In this document: positions 22,501 to 24,595 of the stretch, piece by piece
How positions within the stretch are numbered: position 1 is the stretch's first letter
Layout of the letters: each line of letters opens with the position of its first letter
Assembly (NCBI RefSeq): GCF_006345805.1
Contig: NW_021836325.1
Coordinates: 1-24,595, forward strand
DNA: 24,595 nt
DNA from: Octopus sinensis
Taxonomy: Eukaryota
Direction of reading: 5' to 3'
Made by a program: the position numbers and the translations under genes
Notes under the pieces: model-generated
What the model saw: only the letters and a program-made list of their open reading frames with translations
The model's database searches: none
Told to the model about the DNA's origin: nothing

Positions 22501-22989
22501 TAATTATTTCATATATTTTCTTTTATTTCAGTTTCTTCCAGTTTGAATTCTTCCACTCAAAGCTTTAGCCTCTTCGACAAGTATGAAGAAGAAGTCGAAT
22601 ACAAATTCTGGAGGTTTCTACGAGATTTCGTTATTGGTTCAACGGTGAAGATGGGTGCACCAAAGTCGGAAATCGCTGAAAAACTCCGGAAGTTGCGCGT
22701 CAAAAGTGTTTTCGCATTTCTGACTTGTAACACGATCTGGATGATCATCCTTGGATACATTTACACAAACATTACAGCCGAAAAGTCTAAGTTGAATTTA
22801 TTTGGTTTAATCAATGGCTCTCTGTTCGGGGTTTCGCTCATCGTTCAAATGATTGGAATGACGATACATCGAACCCAAGACACCATCGAACGTTTTATAC
22901 GCAAATCGAATATACACACGAAGCAACCCGAATGGATAATTACAAAAGACGAAAAGCTCGATGCTGTAAGAAGGAAAAGTGAAAAATAA
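2875..22989 (+). CDS. CHS: Chitin synthase (GT2), 5'-partial spliced gene, 8 exons in window, about 796 aa
   Basis: Manual splicing gives one open frame of 2392 nt (first nt completes an upstream codon) ending TAA at 22987-22989. Motifs appear in canonical order: KKRWSQV, TYILATDSD, LGAACGR, QMFEY, CCPGCFSLYR, GEDRW, QRRRW, LHPHE, SWGTRD, E..FW, and terminal TM helices. Several motifs (WSQ|V, G|EDR, SPG|ST) are completed only across the predicted junctions. Confidence 0.96.
3223..3297. repeat. (TA)n microsatellite
   Basis: Seen directly. Confidence 0.95.
3452..3556. repeat. Compound (TA)n-(TG)n microsatellite
   Basis: Seen directly. Confidence 0.95.
3825..4080 (-). mobile_element. RTE-clade LINE 3' fragment (decayed)
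   Basis: Minus-strand translation ERIARQILETESTG*SPRSRLRTRWVD...WS resembles the RTE C-terminus (KRPRGRPRTRW.D). Confidence 0.7.
4615..4755 (+). mobile_element. Degenerate tRNA-derived SINE
   Basis: Core ttacgttctgagttcaaatttcgccaaagttaactttgct matches the copies at 17056-17447 and 18020-18860. Confidence 0.7.
5107..5830 (+). CDS. CHS: CHS exon: VLYMNYV...[long insert]...TYILATDSDMKF...LGAACGRTHPIG...WFQMFEYAK
   Basis: Acceptor ttaaag at 5106, donor g|gttggt at 5831, 724 nt, phases 0 to 1. Contains the DxD-type motif and QxFEY. Confidence 0.93.
6711..7966 (+). repeat. Left arm of a large diverged inverted duplication (AT-rich part plus GT-rich part)
   Basis: Collinear reverse-complement anchors: 6771-6783 with 11309-11321; 7161-7178 with 10826-10843 (18 nt exact); 7231-7266 with 9428-9460; 7959-7966 with 8255-8262. 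Confidence 0.85.
7967..8254 (+). mobile_element. Penelope-like element GIY-YIG endonuclease remnant
   Basis: C..C...KGQTG.SL..RMTLHRQQI....PL..H...CA...F.I..LYK...R..KE and, after a frameshift in a poly-A run, KFINKYKQLN. This is the PLE endonuclease pattern. Confidence 0.8.
8255..9488 (-). repeat. Right arm of the inverted duplication, proximal CA-rich part
   Basis: Reverse complement is collinear with about 7195-7966, e.g. 9160-9178 vs 7492-7510 (ttgata.tgggtgtttag) and 9247-9263 vs 7397-7415. Confidence 0.85.
9489..10799 (-). mobile_element. Truncated DNA transposon carrying a decayed, intron-containing SAP plus SWIM zinc-finger gene (ISL2EU/Harbinger- or Kolobok-type accessory gene)
   Basis: ORF 10692-10159 has SAP-like LTVAEFKTYLRLHGQYVTGEKANLVERIK and W..DL..LP.FT..DIYNYLV. 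After frameshifts it continues VIMSKVTGNVHLADCNCSAG, then, past an apparent intron of about 200 nt, QGEACNHIGALL...TSMKCKWNNPRKR (SWIM CxC...CxH). It interrupts the right arm at a (TA)-rich site. Putative terminus GGGCTCTC at 10799. Confidence 0.7.
10800..11378 (-). repeat. Right arm of the inverted duplication, distal part, including (CA)n at 10936-11060
   Basis: Reverse complement is collinear with 6711-7200. Confidence 0.85.
11378..12105. mobile_element. Fold-back/MITE-like element with long inverted repeats and an internal (TAACCC)n-like tract
   Basis: 11491-11623 is the reverse complement of 11898-12030 with 3 mismatches in 133 bp. A more diverged outer arm (about 11378-11453 with 12030-12105) lies beyond an indel of about 38 bp. 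Degenerate CTAACC repeats at 11622-11667. Confidence 0.9.
12135..12188. repeat. (CT)n microsatellite
   Basis: Seen directly. Confidence 0.95.
12689..12900 (+). mobile_element. Merlin/IS1595-like transposase N-terminal zinc-ribbon remnant
   Basis: With two frameshifts: FYTRVILTEETAVTFF-KDYNLLDTQKEADPCNRCGAVMQE-KRKRERGGQFKPVLRCPRKGCQTS (CxxC...Cx4C). Family recognised from memory. Confidence 0.55.
13090..13245 (+). CDS. CHS: CHS exon: (D)FWMTKSAQNIIGSVMCCPGCFSLYR...VFVKDT(G)
   Basis: Acceptor ctaaag at 13089, donor g|gtacgg at 13246, 156 nt, phases 1 to 1. PGCFSLYR motif. Confidence 0.95.
13357..13456 (+). mobile_element. Partial tRNA-derived SINE ending at the (ATT)n tract
   Basis: ttctgagttcaaat...ggggtcgataa...ccttgtgcctaaaaaga matches the other copies. 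Confidence 0.7.
13457..13975 (-). mobile_element. 3' end of a REL-endonuclease non-LTR retrotransposon (NeSL/HERO/R4-like) with an (AAT)n tail
   Basis: Minus-strand WNLKTKTIPVVIGSLRMI...EIQKIVLMGTIHILRK is the typical REL C-terminus (W.......P.V.GALG...Q...L.GT..ILR). It is followed by a 3' UTR and (AAT)n at 13457-13502. Confidence 0.8.
14176..14330 (+). mobile_element. Tx1/L1-clade RT fragment
   Basis: PLLYVLALEPLLRKLEQLRG from 14270, preceded by a decayed ..FRG.IAAM..KPFNI. This is L1/Tx1 RT domain 4. Confidence 0.75.
14548..14808 (+). CDS. CHS: CHS catalytic exon: (G)EDRWLCTLMM...FCPSTMDEFLKQRRRWILSDLAN...IVIISP(G)
   Basis: Acceptor tttaag at 14547, donor g|gtaaat at 14809, 261 nt, phases 1 to 1. 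EDR and QRRRW motifs. Confidence 0.97.
14822..14935 (-). mobile_element. 3' fragment of a second SINE family (ccccagcatggcc tail)
   Basis: ttacttgcttcagtcattggactgtggctatgctggggcgtcgcc matches 22125-22155 and the LINE 3' UTR at 989-1012. Confidence 0.7.
15786..16205 (+). mobile_element. RTE-clade LINE apurinic endonuclease fragment (decayed)
   Basis: CWNVSTL...IAKVINSHNIDVAILSETRL...YTLFWS...GV.F.IK...HIISSYEPTL...FYSKLQ with frameshifts. This is the APE N-terminal motif series. Confidence 0.85.
16234..16464 (+). CDS. CHS: CHS transmembrane exon: (G)STIILITAGLDLLFE...IIVARDIIE(D)
   Basis: Acceptor ctgcag at 16233, donor g|gtcagt at 16465, 231 nt, phases 1 to 1. Encodes hydrophobic TM helices following QRRRW. 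Confidence 0.92.
17056..17447 (+). mobile_element. Composite tRNA-derived SINE (core repeated twice) with a 15-bp TSD
   Basis: A-box-like ggtgagctggcaga. B-box/core gttctgagttcaaatt occurs twice (about 17125 and 17305). Flanked by aatttatgttctgca at 17041-17055 and 17448-17462. Confidence 0.9.
17540..17655 (+). mobile_element. Degenerate SINE fragment
   Basis: ttacgtttcgagttt...actttgcc resembles the SINE core. Confidence 0.5.
18020..18860 (-). mobile_element. Head-to-tail array of four tRNA-derived SINE copies (about 18020-18192, 18200-18422, 18423-18641, 18642-18860)
   Basis: Each copy shows the reverse-complement core (gaactcagaa/caactcagaa) and tRNA-like head (ctcaccgtt, ttcgccacctt, ctcgctgcct). 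Period of 219 bp in the last three. Confidence 0.9.
18880..19235. repeat. Unclassified interspersed repeat
   Basis: Non-coding stretch I recognise from memory as a recurrent octopus repeat (ttaaccagttgagcatgtccc...atgggtatactgggcttc). Single copy here, so not verifiable in the window. Confidence 0.4.
19270..19600. repeat. Unclassified non-autonomous DNA element with a short GTTAGG tract
   Basis: gcactcagacagcgcaaatctccgccaaggc start and gttagggttaggg at about 19410-19422. Classification is from memory only. Confidence 0.35.
20020..20231 (+). CDS. CHS: CHS exon: (D)DKAG...AAVLHPHE...SNIIDQSWGTRDS
   Basis: Acceptor ttgcag at 20019, donor tct|gtaagt at 20232, phases 1 to 0. LHPxE and SWGTR(D/E) motifs. 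Confidence 0.95.
20295..20500 (+). mobile_element. tRNA-derived SINE (diverged)
   Basis: gttctgagttcaattt...actttgcctttcatcc...gagtcgataaaataagaaccag...gccttgtgcc matches 17056-17447. Confidence 0.8.
20520..20700 (-). mobile_element. Partial copy of the second SINE family
   Basis: cagtcattga...catgcaggg and ggttgacaagcggtgg..cacacac resemble 14822-14935 and 22120-22320. Confidence 0.5.
20724..21360 (-). mobile_element. Tc1/mariner-superfamily (maT/DD37D-like) transposon 3' half, decayed
   Basis: Minus strand FGVITSDGDVMP..IFP, YLQEVVLPW.KR.AAGR, P..YY.W.AVERQTNK.PCNTKDELKARIM and LEAVVEANGDFI. Terminus TA|CAGGTGA at 20722-20730. Confidence 0.85.
21465..21805 (+). mobile_element. Diverged tRNA-headed SINE with a LINE-like tail
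   Basis: Head ggttaagtattcggctc..gagtttgatt, body ttgtgtccttga..ctgctggcaaaaatgag, tail tgctccagtatggcagcagtc..aaacaagtaaaagataaaa. Confidence 0.6.
21846..21930 (+). CDS. CHS: CHS 85-nt polybasic exon: NKASAPKLLCFPKIRKRRKKKKKIKKDK (absent from the ORF track)
   Basis: Acceptor ttgcag at 21845, donor a|gtaagt at 21931. Its phases (0 to 1) exactly bridge the otherwise incompatible flanking exons. Confidence 0.88.
22110..22470 (-). mobile_element. SINE of the second family, antisense in the last CHS intron
   Basis: Tail gactgcggccatgctggggcaccacc (22128-22153), internal (CA)n, body gtctaccaaatc..cacaag..ttggtcgg, and tRNA-like head ..gtgccacacagttggattgaac..accatgtg. Confidence 0.75.
22532..22989 (+). 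CDS. CHS: CHS last coding exon: (I)SSSLNSS...EEEVEYKFWRFLRD...LRKLRVKSVFAF...QMIGMTIHR...RRKSEK*
   Basis: Acceptor tttcag at 22531, phase 1, stop TAA 22987-22989. Matches the CHS C-terminal blocks E..FW, L..LR...VFAF and Q...M..HR. Confidence 0.92.
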
Positions 22990-23065
22990 ATCAAAGAAAA
23001 CAAAAAGTAAAAACGATAAAAAAACAAAAGAGAAAATCTTGGGAAAAAATGGTACGAAATTTTAA

Positions 23066-23075
23066 AATAAATAAA
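23066..23075 (+). promoter_or_regulatory. Candidate polyadenylation signal (overlapping AATAAATAAA)
   Basis: AATAAA at 23066-23071 and 23070-23075, about 80 nt after the CHS stop. Actual use is unverified. Confidence 0.4.
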
Positions 23076-23469
23076 AGCTATTCTAAAACGAGGTGGCAAC
23101 GCCCTGGCCTGCGCCCATTCTGGTGCACTGACTCCAAGCGTTATTGTCAATCACATCAACCTTATTACTCGTCCCAGTCAGGTATTTATTTCAGAGATCT
23201 TTATTGGTTGGAAAACCAAATAAGATATTTTAAAACGACACCTTTTAATACACCTGGAGCTTATGACTGCGAATCCAATTTTGTAAGCACATTCTCGCAT
23301 GCTTCCATCAATTTACATGCAAACACATAAATTATACATATTCCGTTATTCTTTTATACGTTTAAGCAATGAGGTTGCGATTATGCTGGTCCACCATCGT
23401 AAATTAGTACCCTTTCCATAGACCTCTTCTGTGGCTGGTTTTTACTGGGGTGGGTAGGATTTCATAATA

Positions 23470-23700
23470 ACTTTCGCATATGCTTTTTACTTCGTGGTTA
23501 GAGCATTAGGTGCATGGCGGAGTTTGACACCATTGCTTTTGTCTGCATTTGCTACCGGGACCGTTGGCTAGTCTGGAATCGAGGTTAGGAGAATGTCCAA
23601 TTCCGTTTTTAAGTTATCCACATTGTATAGTCTAACGTCTGTCATGTTTAGAGAAAATGAGGGTTAGAGTCCTACAAGAAGCCTTCGACTTTCTCAATTC
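23470..23700 (-). mobile_element. CR1/L2-like LINE 3' fragment
   Basis: Minus-strand LKTELDILLTSIPD*P parallels FEIELDLFLSGVPDEP in the element at 1-1047. Confidence 0.55.
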
Positions 23701-24154
23701 AGGGTGTTTTAACCCAAGCTATTATTTATAGCTCAATCTATTTCGGGCTCTATCATAAAAAGTATATAAAAATATAAATATATAATCATTATATACGTAT
23801 AATAGGACAGCCGTTAACTACTCACGAGTCCTCTGCCTTTTGACAAGCCTTATAATAGTATTAATAATAATATATTTGTAGATAGCTATTATTATTATCA
23901 ATATTATTTAAAGGGGACGGTACAAGTATTTAATTGTGCTAATAGTTTTATACGTCGAGAAATACTCAAATTCATCAAACTATCAAAAGCGTTTAAATGC
24001 ATGTACTGTGGCCTTTAAGTAATGGTATTTATCTCTCACCAGAGGGAGTAATATTTTGTTGAATCTTCTATCACGGAACAGTACATTATATATATATAAA
24101 TTAGATATATAAGTATATATATATAAATATATATATATATATACATATATATAT

Positions 24155-24425
24155 ACCGTTACTGACGGTTAATAAGGAGAGACACAAATAACTGAGAACA
24201 AAACAAAGGACCACTGATGCGGTCACAGGAGTGTGACGAATGAACTCTGGCCGAAATAAGATTAAGATTAATGTAAAAAATTAATAACACTGAAGCAAAG
24301 TAACACCAAATATATATAGTGCGTGTGTTTTTATTGGCTAACCTGGCAAAATGACCATTCCGAAATATAACAATATCTGTTTCAACACACGACTTCACAA
24401 AAAACTCTTGCACAACAAATGTTTA
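24155..24425. repeat. Unclassified repeat between (TA)n tracts
   Basis: Non-coding insert bracketed by TA microsatellites. Contains the perfect hairpin gtcaca-ggag-tgtgac. Confidence 0.35.
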
Positions 24426-24429
24426 AACG

Positions 24430-24595
24430 TAAATATATATATAATATATATATATATATAATATATTAGATATATATATATATATATTAGAATATATATA
24501 TATATATATTAGATATATATATATATATATTAGATATATATATATATATATATTAGATATATATATATATATTAGATATATATATATATATATAT
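24430..24595. repeat. TTAGA(TA)n compound minisatellite running off the window end
   Basis: Repeated TTAGA units separated by (TA)n runs. Confidence 0.9.

Overview
AT-rich, microsatellite- and transposon-dense animal DNA. The repeat families look like Octopus (recognised from memory, not searched). The + strand carries the 3' part of a chitin synthase (CHS) gene. I spliced eight exons by hand: 2875-3139, 5107-5830, 13090-13245, 14548-14808, 16234-16464, 20020-20231, 21846-21930 and 22532-22989. All junctions are GT-AG and phase-consistent, giving 2392 nt and about 796 aa to the stop. The product contains KRWSQ, DSD, QMFEY, CCPGCFSLYR, GEDRW, QRRRW and WGTRD; the 5' exons lie upstream of the window. 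The introns hold decayed CR1/L2-like, RTE, Tx1/L1 and REL-type LINE pieces, a Penelope GIY-YIG remnant, Tc1/mariner-family, Merlin-like and SAP-SWIM DNA-transposon pieces, and many tRNA-derived SINEs. The most unusual observations are: an insertion of about 155 aa inside the CHS catalytic domain; a nested inverted duplication of about 4.7 kb centred on the GIY-YIG remnant; a near-perfect 133-bp fold-back with TTAGGG-like repeats; a candidate in-frame 27-nt SINE-derived microexon; a recent 219-bp chimeric SINE duplication; and a 3' tail shared by a LINE and several SINEs. No prokaryotic features or CRISPR arrays are present.
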